From NCBI RefSeq assembly GCF_009914755.1, contig NC_060935.1: DNA of 64,000 nt; one strand, written 5' to 3'. The DNA is from the human T2T-CHM13v2.0 reference genome, Homo sapiens. Made by a program: the position numbers and the translations under genes. Shown in pieces: positions 1 through 11,781 of the stretch. Every line of letters starts with the position of its first letter. Position 1 is the stretch's first letter. The notes under the pieces were generated by a model that saw nothing but the letters and a program-made list of their open reading frames with translations, did not search any database and was not told the origin of the DNA.

Positions 1-294
1 AGTGTCTATCTAAAAGTGATAATTTCATTATCCTATTGGAAAATTTTCAATCATTTAAGAAATTTTACTGCATATTTTGTTTACCTATCTGGCTGTTTGT
101 TTCGGCTAGCTTTTCTGTCAGTTTTCCCAGTTGATTTGTCACTTTTAAATTCTAATGGATTTATCTGGAATAATTAGATAATTGGAGATCTTTCTTTCAG
201 GTTACTTATGCTAATATAACCAGTCTTAGCAAATATAAGAAATTACCACTTTTAATCCTTTATCAACTAAAGGATTTCTCAGTTATCCTTTATA

Positions 295-870
295 TCTTAG
301 AATGTGTCCACTTGTAGATAATATAAAGCCTAACTCAAATTGACTTAAACAATAAAGAAATCCACTGATTTTCATGACAGGAAGTTAAGCAGGTGTTTGA
401 TTAATCTAGTGGCTCAACTTTTTATGCAAGGGCCCACAGGTTTGTTTTGTCTCTCCACTCCATCATCTACAATTTTGGCCCTACACTAAGGCTGGTTTCC
501 ACTGTAATCACAGATTGACTTCCAGGAATAACAGAGGCTAAATCTTTCTTGTTCACATACAACAGGAGAAGGAGCTAGTGTATTTCTCCCAAACTTCATA
601 CAAACTTGCATCGAACCATCTGGTTATACCATTTTAGAGAATGTGCTTACTCCTGAACAAGTCTCTGTCACAAGAAGATTGCCGTGATCTGATTGGCTTA
701 GGCCTAGCTTCCTGAACCAATCCTTAGCAGGGGCACATGAGATTGGCAGGACTGATATAGGCTAATCAAGGCCATTCATATAATGAGGAGGAGGCAGAGG
801 GGTTAAGTCCTTATACCACACTGAGACAAGTAGAGTGAATATTAGGGAGTCAACCACAAAGTCTACTTTA
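295..870. mobile_element. Old MaLR LTR (MLT1J/K/L-like), approximate bounds
   Basis: Resembles MLT1 consensus segments (aactcaaattgacttaaacaataaag; tctgattggcttaggcctag...cctgaaccaat). Confidence 0.5.
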
Positions 871-1029
871 TCTTTAGCAAGCAGAGGTAGAAAAGCTACC
901 TCGAAATTCATTTTCAATCAATAAAAATATTATTTGCCCCTGCTCATAATTTTTAATCTTCTGAAATCTACATGTCCTGTCTGTGCTGAACTATGTAAAG
1001 CAGTTTTATGTAGTAATGAAAATCATGGA

Positions 1030-1250
1030 GTTAAAGCTCATATTCATATGCAAATAAGAATCAGAATAAAACCCCGGAGCCACTTAAGGAATGTTGTTTG
1101 ACATTACCTTAGGTGAGTTATCTGAACTTTCTGAGGCTTTGCTTTTCATTTTTGGAAAAGGGGTATCAGTACCAAATTAACTATAAAAATTAGAAAATAT
1201 ATAACACTTAGCACAATGCCTTCTACTTGATAGATGAGCATTAAGTCATT
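1030..1250 (+). mobile_element. MIR fragment
   Basis: Degenerate MIR core (ttacctt aggtgagttatctgaactttctgaggcttt...acacttagcacaatgcc). Confidence 0.5.
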
Positions 1251-1729
1251 ATTATTTCAGTATTTTCCCCCATTCCATTATAAGCTCCCCAGATGGTAGA
1301 GATTATTGAATATTCCAATGATAGTACATTTTTTCATTTTTGAATGTTTCACATATTTTCTATTTTGCTAAAATCAAATGTGATACATGCGTTCTTGTTT
1401 TCATTGATTTAAAAAAAGGGAGCAGTTTGAGATTGATATTGTCAAAGTTACAGACTAGTGAGAGGCCCAGTCAGTGCTAAAATAGTATTTGTCATTTAGA
1501 AAGTACTTTGTACATACATCACCCTATGTATTTTTCACAATAATGATATAAGGTTGACATTATCATTCTCTTTATAAAATGCAAGGAAACTGAGACTTAA
1601 TGAGGTTCAGAAATTTTCTTAAACCTTTTGCATGAAATAGTACTGAAATAAAATTATTCTGACTCTTTGTCCAAATCTCTTTTCTTTAGATCATTTTTTC
1701 TTGAAATATAGAGTACATAAACATTTTCT

Positions 1730-1875
1730 AGGCATCTTGTACAAAATACAAATCCTGGGGCTCTAGTCATAGAAGTTGAAATTCAGTAGCTCTTGGGTAC
1801 AGCTCATAAAATTTACATTCTTTTTTTAAAACATACCAGAAATTCTGTTGCTCATCACAGTTTGAAAGTTACTAA
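1730..1875. mobile_element. MER5A-like hAT-Charlie DNA transposon remnant
   Basis: aaaatacaaatcctgggg...attcagtag...attctg...agtttgaaagttact pattern typical of MER5A. Confidence 0.5.
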
Positions 1876-2119
1876 GAGTCTATTCATTTTTGTTTAGGAA
1901 AACAGCATAGAAAGGTGGATATCTAATTAGTAACATTTAACAAATTTGAGAAAGCAGCATAATATAATCCTATTTTTAACATAAATTTAGAGTCTTCTTT
2001 CAGAATAATGCTGTAATTTTGTAAAGATGTATTACTTTTTCTCAGATTTTGATTGGCCAAAAGTAAAAACATGTATAAAAATTAAGTCAACGACTACACT
2101 AATCTGTTAAGCTAATAAA

Positions 2120-2520
2120 AATTATTAATTCAATGACTTATTATAAATCTATTTCATAACATACTACGTGCCATGCACTGTCCCCTAGGACCTGAGAATA
2201 CAATAGTGAGAAAAAAATACAAGCACAATTCTAGCCTTCTTGTACCTAAAATCTAAAGAGGAAAGCCACCACTAGTAAAACAGTCACACAAATAAATAGA
2301 AAGTTTTCACTGTGATTTCAACTACTGTATGAATGAGAGGGACATGGTACTATGAATGTATGCAATACAGGAATTTTACTTAGGCAAGGCAGTCAGAGAA
2401 GTCTGCTCCAAGTGAACCCTGAGCATAGATTCAAAATGTGAAGCCTAAATAGGTGTTAAATAGGCAAAGTAAGGAGGGACAGGAGTTTCATGCCGAGGAA
2501 TCAGGTTATGTAGGTGATAG
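2120..2520 (-). mobile_element. L2 3' fragment
   Basis: Reverse complement of the L2 3' end (tactacgtgccatgcactgt...gagaatacaatagtgag) followed by purine-rich L2 body. Confidence 0.55.
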
Positions 2521-3546
2521 ATTAGATACAGGAATGGGCAGAAGGATAGATAATGATGATGGTAACAGATGAATAGACAGATAATAAAAGTTGAGCTCGA
2601 TCAAATTAATTGAAAGCAAAATTGCTTTTGGAAAAAAAGGAAAGTATAACTGTTTGTTTCTCATTTCCATTCTTGACTACCCCTGGTATAAAGGGTTGGT
2701 TACTCTCATGAGACTGAAAACAGTAGGAAGAGGTCACTTAGATTAGATTAGTAAATAGCAAACAAATGTAAGAAAGCCCTCTAGGCTTCATGAGTAACGT
2801 AATGGTGGTCAGAAAGTATCTGAGGAGAAGGTAAAGAAGGAATGACCCAATCCCACGTGAAGTTGAACTCTGCCAGCCCGGGATGTCAAGAGTATATCAG
2901 GAGACATCATCTTGTATAAAAATAAATATTCTATCAATAATACCATACTTCCTAAATAAGGGTATACCATAATTCTTCATAACTTTATTATAAAGGTGAA
3001 TACATCAGCTTTGCAGGTATTAATAGCTAATGTACTATGAAAAGTCTAGTCACATTATTAAATATTATTTTTTATTGAAATATTTTTTTCATGACTATTT
3101 CTACATATCCTTTTCCATTGAGTCAACACAAACTGGTCCTTTGTACTGGATGGTTCATTGTAGATGAGTAAACCGCATGATAAAAATAAGAATTAGTCAC
3201 CATGGCCTGAGTTTTTCAATTTATCTCTCTGCATTAATCTAATCTTCCAGACAGTAGCTAAACCTCCTTTTCACTTGGTATTAGGATGTGTTTAGGACAT
3301 TGCTTCCATGATTGATTGCCATGCCTGCTTCCCTTTTCTCCAGAGCATATTCCTGCATGTGTTTGGAAGTGTCTGTCCTCAAACAGTATTTATAGGGTTA
3401 AAAATAAAACAACTGGATAACGAGCATATTTGGGATCAAAATTCTCACTTTAATTTTAAATGATTTAAAACAAAGACCTGTTTAATGTTTTGAATACCAG
3501 CAAATTTCACTTTTCATTTAAAACTACTATATAGCAGAAACAACAG

Positions 3547-3856
3547 GGGTCAGGTAGGGTGGCTCGTGCCTGTAATCCCAGCACTTTGAGAGGCCAAGTT
3601 TGGGACTGCTTGAGGCCAGGAGTTTGAGACCACACTGGTTAACATAGAGAGACCCCATCTCTATAAAAAAATTAAAAAATTAGCTGGGCATGGTGGCATG
3701 CGCCTGTGTCTCTAGCTACTCAGGTGGCTGAGGCAGGAGGATCGCTTGAGTCCAGGAGGTCAAAGCAAGAGTGAGCTAGGATCATGCCACTGCACTCCAA
3801 CCTGGGCAACAGAATGAGACCATGTCTCTAAAAAAAGAAAAAGAAAAACAAAAAAG
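3547..3856 (+). mobile_element. Alu (AluJ-like)
   Basis: Dimeric Alu with A-rich linker and tail; J-type features (tgcttgaggccaggagtttgag, ggaggatcgcttgag). Confidence 0.92.
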
Positions 3857-6409
3857 CAGGAAAGTCCTTAAAATCAAATAAAAATGAAAACAAACAATAG
3901 ACGTATAAAGCAAACAGTAATGTATAACAATAGGTGTATTTGTTGAATCAGCAAGTCTCAGAATTTCACAGAAAATATGATGTTATCTATGTGAGAAAAA
4001 GCCAGAAAAGTTGCTTGGCACGGAGAATTCATCTTAGCATTGTGCAGAGGCTCTAAGAAGCACTCCTCATGAAGGACTGAACAATCACACCATAAGGACT
4101 CTACAGCCTGGCACCACTAGTTGCTGTCTACAAGGAGAATGAGCAATAATTTCACAAGAAGTCAATACACAACTTTCTGTTTGTTAGCACATGAATTTAT
4201 CATAATTGGACAAATTTGACCCGTTATCAAGACTAAAGCCTGTTCTTGCTTCAATGAGTTTACCTTCAAAGCAAGAAGACTCTTTTTGCCTCTGTTTCTG
4301 AGGGAGGAATTTTCCACTTTCAAGTACTACTTCCTCATCTGAAAAATAATATGGTCAAACTAGATGACTCCAATTAATTTAAAAATTCTATGACTCTGTA
4401 ACACTGCTAAATTAGTATATGAAATTGTAGGTCTTTATTTCATATTACCAGTATTATAGTAAGAGCTTTAAAGATTCCAAGGAGATATATATATATGTAC
4501 ACATATACATTTTATTCACTTTTCAGCTTTAAAAGACAATTGCTTCTCGAAGGAAGATTTTCTAACTGAACATTAAATCAACAGAAAGAGTTGATCTGGT
4601 ATCAGTCTGCAATGCTGGGGAACCCTTTATTGAGGCTAGATTGAATCCATGAGAACATGGCTTCTGCTCAGGGCTTTTGATTTGTCATTTGCTCAGCAGT
4701 CCTCCCCATGAAGAAATGAACACACTGTGCCCATTTTTCAAAATTGACTATTTCCAAATACAGTATTTAATTTAGTGATCCTTTATAATAGCATTGTCCC
4801 TGAGGAGGAAAAAACAGTTGTCAGATTACTGGCCATTTGACACTGAATCATTATAACCAAGTATAAAATTTAATGAGATTTCTACTGAATGAGTGGCATT
4901 TGTGTATCATCTGGACTGTCACACATTTGTCATCACTGAGACGTTTGCTTATTAATCTATCTTCAATGATGCCTTATGTAAATTAGCTGAAAAAGCCTTT
5001 TAGGAGAACCTTTCCTCCCTGATTTATTTTAAAAAGTCAAAAAATAGCAAAAGTAGAATCATTAACAGGCCTTAAAAAACAAAGATACTGACTATATCAA
5101 TAGGTTGATGTAATTCACTCCTAAATATATACAAGAAGCTTATGCCAGGCAGCATTCAGTATATGATGTATAAAAATATTTTTTCAGAAATAAAGTATCG
5201 ATAAGCCAATTCTAATATTATAACAGTAAATCTTGTTTTCACCTTTTTATGGTTAAAATTTAATGTCTCTTAGAAGGTAAATCACGCTGCCAATTATTCA
5301 GAATATCTGTACGTTAATATGTTCATAAAAGTATTTCAGATTTACCATCATTTAGAAAAGTTAGCTGTCCAGAGGCTATAACGCTCTCAGTTTCTAATAA
5401 GGATCATCCTTATTATTAAATCATATGAAAGGATTATTTTCTTCATTCATGGAGCTTGTCTGTCATTTTTATTACCACTCTAAACTTGGATGAAAAAAAA
5501 CCCTGTTAACCCAAATATAGTTTGATTTAACAAAAATGAAACTTAAATCGCATCTCCGTCTAATATAATTATATTTTAAAACATTCTTTTACTTGTTAAT
5601 TGTTATACAACATTCCACACTCAAAATATAACTCCTCTATCCTTTCTTCCTTTATTTATTTTTCCTTCTTTTTTTCCCTTTCTTCATCTTTCCTTCTACA
5701 AATATTTATTGAGGGTCTAATTGTATGTCAAGTACCATGTTGGACGTTCAGATAAGTGGAAGTTACAGAAAAATAAATAGGCAGTTTAATGGCTGCCTAA
5801 TATTTCATTATAAGAATTTAGAATTTAAACATTACATGATTATTGGGCAATTTGTTGTTTACAATGGTTTATAATTATAAATAATTACACAGCCACAATC
5901 AGTACCTTGGTTATATAAATCTTTGTCCCTCTCACTAATTATTTTCTAAGAACCATATTTGGGCAAATAGACAAATATCAAAAAGAATAAAGAGGATTTA
6001 TTATGTTGTAAATTATATCTTTTGTTCCAGCTGAAAGTTTAAAAATTATTTAATTATTACCTATTATGAAAGCAATATACCCTTCTTTAAGATGGCTAAT
6101 TTAAACATTTTCATAGAACTTTAATACTCAGAGAGGCAAATTATTTTATTTAAATTAACAAAGAGTTGTCTTCCACAGTGTCTCCCACTGAGCCTTGCAC
6201 ATAGGCGGTTGTTAAATGCTCTTTGAAGAGATGAATAAATAGAATGGAGGGAATGAAACAGAATAAATGTAACAACATAGAAGAGCTTAATAAATGAGTT
6301 TGTTGGCAATTATTCCTATATGGACACGTTAGCTAAATTTCAAGTCTTTTTCATAATATTTGAGGGTCCTCCTGACAGAGTTTCATACTGATGAAAACAC
6401 TCTTTAGGC

Positions 6410-8350
6410 AAGTTCCAGTTAGCCATTGCTGCCCCAAAACTTATTAGCTTAAAACATCAATCTGTTATTTTCTGTCATGATTTTAGCAGCTGACAGGCCA
6501 GGCAATTCTTGCTCGATTTTCTCATGTAGATGCTGGCTGAAGCTGGAGTCATCTGAAAGCTTCTTTTGTTTATTTTTTTAATTCACAAATAATAATTGTA
6601 TGTATCCCAGGATGTACATAGTGATGCTTTGGTACATATACTGTACAGTGATCAGATCAAGGTAATTAGCATATTCATCATCTTAAACATTTATCTTTTC
6701 TTTGTGTTGGGAACATTCAATATCCTCATTCTTGCTATTTAAAACTATGGATATTGTTAACTATAGTCATCCTACAGTGGTCTATAGCCCTAGAACTTAT
6801 TCCTTCTGTCTAGCTGTACTTTTGTATCCTTTAACAAATCTCTCCCTATGCTATTCTCCCCCTTTCCCTTCCCAGCTTCTAGTGTCCTCTGTCCTTTCTA
6901 CTTCTATGAGATCCTTTTTTTTAGCTTTCACATATAAGTGAGAACATGTGGTGTTTAACTTTCTCTTCCTGGCTTATTTCACTTAACATAATGTCCTCCA
7001 TTTCCATCCATGTTGCCACAAATGACAGAATTACATTCTTTTTATGGCTGAATAGTATTCCATGGTGTATATATATCACATTTTCTTTATCCATTCATCT
7101 GTTGTTGGACTCCTAGGTTGATTCCATATCTTGGCTATTGTGAATAATGCTGCAATAAACATAAGGGTAAAGAAGTCTCTGATATACTGACTTCCTTTTC
7201 TTTGGATACATGCATAATAGTGGAATTGCGGGATCACATGGCAGTTCTCTTTGTAGTTTTTTGAGGATCCTCTGTACTGTTCTCCATAGTGGCTATACTA
7301 GTTTACGTTCCCACCAATAGTGTGTAAGACTTCCTTTTTCTCCACATTCTCACCAACAATCGTTATTTTTGTCCTGCTGATGATAGCCGTCCTAACTGGG
7401 GTGAGATGATACCTCATGGTGGTTTTGATTTGCATTTCCCTGATTATCAGTGATGCTGACCATTTCTTTCATATATTTGTGGTCATTTGTGTGTCTTCTT
7501 TTGATAAATGTCTTTTCAGATGTGACTGTTTTTTAATAGCGTTGTTTGTCTATTTGCTGTTGAAATGTTTGAGTTCCTCATATATGCTGCACATTAATCC
7601 CCTTTCACGTGAATAGTCTGCAAATATTTTCTTCCATTCTGCGAGTTGTCCTTTCATTCTGTTGATTATTTCTTTTGCTGTGAGGAGCTTTTTAGTTTGG
7701 TATAATCCTATTTGTTTATTTTTGCTTTTGTTGCCTGTGCTTTTGAGATCTTATTCATAAAATCTTTTCCAAAACCAAGGTCCTGAAGCACTTCCTCTAT
7801 ATTTTTTTCTAGTAGTTTTATTGTTTCTGGTCTTATAGTTAGCTCTTTGATACATTTTGAATTGATTTTTGTATGAGGTGAGGGGTGAGAAGTCTAGTTT
7901 CATTCATCTGCATGTGAACATCCAATTTTTCCAGAACCATTTATTGAAAAGACTGTTCTTTCCCTAATGAGGTCTGATCTGAAGGCCTCTTCACTGACAT
8001 GTCTGGTGCCTGGACTTGGATGGCTAGAATAGCTGGATGCAAGTTGGATCTCTCTCTCCACAGACCTCTCTAAATAGCTAATTTGGACTTCTTCACAGAA
8101 TGGCAATTTCCATGTAATTGGACTGACAACTGTCTTTTCCTATAAAAAGCATTCCAGGAAACCTGTGGTAAAGATGCAAAGCTTAACCTCAACTCAAAAT
8201 TCACACACAGTCATTTCTACCATTGTCTACTGAGTCAAACAGTCACAGGCCAGCTCAGATTTAAGGAGGTGAAAAAATTGACTCCACCGTTCAATGGCAG
8301 AATGGCTTGCATGTTCAGGGAGTAAAGGAAGTGATAGTGGCCACCTTACA
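6410..8350 (-). mobile_element. MaLR LTR (MLT1H/J-like) split by an L1 insertion (LTR parts ~6410-6565 and ~7977-8350)
   Basis: MLT1-like sequence (ccccaaaactta..gcttaaaac; gctggagtcatctgaa) resumes at 7977 (atctgaaggc...acatgtctgg) after the L1. Confidence 0.65.
6566..7976 (-). mobile_element. 5'-truncated L1MA-type 3' fragment
   Basis: T-rich start followed by antisense L1 3'UTR and ORF2 C-terminus. Flanked by a degenerate 15-bp TSD (6551-6565 / 7977-7991, 13/15 identical). Confidence 0.88.
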
Positions 8351-8619
8351 CACAGGCAGACACAAAGTGATTAATGCTTTCTTCAAATGCCATCTCTATC
8401 TCTACAACATAAAGTGTGGCTGTATGTGTTCCCTAACACATACTTTTTCTCTTTCTTTCTTCAGTTGAAGATACTTTCTAAATTAACAGTGAAAACAGTA
8501 AAGGTCTCTGTACTCCTTGCTTCCTTCCACAAATTAGGATTTACAATCACATCCAAATTTAAATCTCAGCTGTGCTGTTCCCTAGCAGAGTGATTTGAGC
8601 AAATAACTTCTCATTAGAA

Positions 8620-8850
8620 TGAACTCTCTGATACCCAGTGCCTACCATAAAACTTAACATATAATAAGGTTATTGACTAAATAATTTATTATTATTTATT
8701 AACTAAGTAATCTCTTTGAGATTCTATTACCTCCTCTATGAAATGGGGATAACAATGCCCACCTCCCAGTGACGAAGAAGTAAATGAACAATTTAATGTT
8801 TGCAAACACTTAGTAAGCACCTTAATACAGTACAATACAGTGAGATTATC
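8620..8850 (+). mobile_element. MIR / L2-end fragments
   Basis: aagtaatctctttgagattctattacctcctctatgaaatggggataacaatgcccacctc...aaacacttag MIR core. Confidence 0.5.
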
Positions 8851-8919
8851 ACAGCTATTAGTATTATTATAGTTAATATTCTTCTCACTATTAAATCATT
8901 ATAATGTATTGTAGATGCT

Positions 8920-10050
8920 CCTCTACATTCCTGTCACCACAGTCTAAAAACTTGTTAGACATCTTCTTCAACACCTGGATCTCATTTATTTTCTTTACCT
9001 TATCCTTAGTCGCTATTTTAGTGGCTTCAACATTGATATTGGGCGATGCAATAGACATATTTTTTCATAAATCCTAGACCTTATAAACCCTGTAATAATA
9101 TTCTCAACTTTGCTTTAGATAAACAAAAACCAACTTCTTACTCAAAACCACCCTACCTCTAAAATCACAAATCTGTCAATTTTCTCTTGCAACACAATTC
9201 CTACTCTTATATTTTCCTCCCATAACAATCCAGTCTCCTTGACTCCTTTTTTTTATTCTAGTCTGTCAGCCCCATTCTGGCTTCCTCTGACTTGACTCCA
9301 TGGTTACCCACAGCATTGTCATATTTGATGATAAACAATATCAGAATTACAAACTCCCAAGCCTGAATGGACCCTACTGACTGCTTTCCTGGTCTTGGTC
9401 CTGACTTTCCTATCTTTACTGAATTGGTCAGTTTCACTTCAAAATGATACCGTCTAACCAAATTTGAACTCTAGTACTATTCTAGAATATTTGTATTTTC
9501 TCTTCATTGCACCCTTTCACTTTTATCATGTGCTATTCCAAAACTTTCCTGTTATATCCTCCAGCTCCCAATCTAATTTCCCGCAATCACCCTAACTCTT
9601 GTAGACAGTATTATATTCTTAAGTTTAAAAAATGAGTACCTTACAAAATGAGTTCTCTCAACGTTTCCCCTTACCATCTCGAAAACTTTAATTATTTTGC
9701 TTCCTTCATTTATCTTAGAGGAAAAAATTGTCATTTCTTCTCAAGGTTGCCCTCTAGACCTTTGCCCACGATTCCAACTTTCGGTCACCTTCCTGATAGA
9801 ATAGTCTCTATCTTCTATATCTTTAGTCTCTTGCATCTGCTGGTGGTTCTTCTCAGGTAACAACGACAACAAAAAAAGTTCGTTCCTTATTTTCTAAAAA
9901 TGTCATTTGCCCCAATGAGGCTTTTAAACTTTTTCTCCATCTTACTGAAGCTGTATTGTTGATACTCTCTATTCAAAGGTCTTCACCAACTCCTCCATCT
10001 GTTCAGCATGCAACCATTTCTTAGGGTTTAGCTCATGTCTCTTAATCAAC
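8920..10050 (+). mobile_element. Highly decayed L2 internal fragment, approximate bounds
   Basis: Pyrimidine-rich, with a remnant of the L2 endonuclease GDFN coding motif (ttttagtggcttcaacatt). Confidence 0.4.
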
Positions 10051-11042
10051 AAATCCAGAGAGCATTTGTACATAAAGACCAACTCAGAAAATACTTAAAA
10101 TACTTAAGTTTTTGAAATTCAAAATAAAACATTATTGTGACTTTAATTGTCCATACTATGGAATGGAAGAACTGGCATTGCTTTGTAGCCACTAAAATAT
10201 AAATACCTGTGCATTTTTAAAATACTATTCAAAATCACCACTAGAAATAAAAACACAATGGCACATTTCTCCTCAAATCTGGTTATAATTCGTTCTTAAA
10301 GATGAAGTCCATATGCACACAGATTAGTCAATAATATTCTATACCATTCTTTCATAATCAAAAGGGAATTAATCCTCCTTTATTCACTACCTCCCCACTC
10401 CTACCAAGGAAAAAAGGAAGCTAATCATAGATCACAGTCTCCTTTGAACTCCCTACAGAACTTTATGTATGTCTCAGGTCTGGCATATGTCCTTACCTTG
10501 TCTATACTATCATTATTTCAGAACCTTTTGCACCTCCCCTGTTAGAGTCTAAGCTATGTGTACTTGATAGTACACATCATAGGGCTTGTACATTGTATGT
10601 TCTCTGAACATGAACATTAGCTCTAGCCACTTGTAGTATTTTAGTAAGGATGAGATTTTTTTTTTGTCTCTGTAGCACTGCCTATCATTTTCTGTTGCTG
10701 CCTCTGTAAACTGATTGATTTCAGCAGCTGCATTTGATACTGGCATTCACATCTTTGTGTTTGTTTCTCATTATTTTTTCTTTTTCTATAAAATATAATG
10801 CTAATTGGTAACTGCCTCTGGGCACAAAGTAGCAGAAAGAAATCAAATCTACAATTAAGTTTCCCCCAGAAATCCTAGACTCCAACTTGCATCCATGACT
10901 TTTTGTTGTCAATTTTAATTACTAAATTCATATTTCATTAAGGTGATTACATAGTTGGATGTGCTACATATTGGAAATATAATTTCTCATGGCTCCTGAT
11001 AATAATTTGTGCTTAACTTTATCCATTGCCTTTGACCTATAG

Positions 11043-11201
11043 GACCCCCAGGCCCACCTGGGATAGTAATTGTTGAGGAAATAACCGAAAGTACGGCCAC
11101 ACTGTCCTGGAGCCCAGCAGCTGACAACCACAGCCCAATCTCCTCCTACAACCTTCAAGCTCGCAGCCCATTTTCCCTGGGCTGGCAAACAGTAAAGACA
11201 G
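11043..11201 (+). CDS. CNTN5: CNTN5 internal coding exon, first half of FN3 domain 1 ([53 protein letters not shown])
   Basis: Acceptor ...gacctatag| and donor ACAG|gtaaga; 159 nt, phase 1-1. Manual translation gives an FN3 signature matching my recollection of contactin-5. Missed by the ORF track. Confidence 0.95.
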
Positions 11202-11781
11202 GTAAGAGGCACTAAAGCAACATCAGATATAACCAGAGTGGCCTTCTATCTCATAAGCTATATTTGGCTAAGGTCTTACTATGATTTTTTTGGATTCTGA
11301 AATCTCTTTGTTATTTCTTACAATATTGACAATTCTTTGCTTCTTTTTATGAACCTGAGAAGAGCAAGGTACCTTGCTTTCCTCTTTTCAGTTCCCAAAG
11401 AGGAACTATATCATGTTGGCTTATTTGTTTGTTGAAATAACCTTAAACTCACATATAAGTTGCAAAAATAGTACAGAGTTCCTGTGGACCCACTCCCCAG
11501 CTTCCTGCCATGATAAAATCTTACATAACCATAGAACAATTACCAAATCAGGAGATGATGTTGGTGAATTGATGTTAACTAAGATTCAGACCTTATTAGG
11601 ATCTCACTAGTTTTGATATGCAATTGTTTTAGTGTGTACTTATATGAGATTCTATGAAATTTTATTATGTAGACTCAAGTAACCATCAAGACAATCAGGA
11701 TATAGATCAGTTTCATTAGCTCAGTTCCTTTTGCTACTCCTTTCTAGTCATACATCTCTTTTATTTATAAAAAGAAAATCT

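Noticed and set aside
4722-4734. 13-mer acactgtgcccat shared with 50259-50271
   Set aside because: Many 13-mer matches are expected by chance in 64 kb.
10964-11212. Minus-strand 82-aa ORF over the first exon (likewise 54402..54650)
   Set aside because: Antisense shadows of real CNTN5 exons; no independent splice or domain support.
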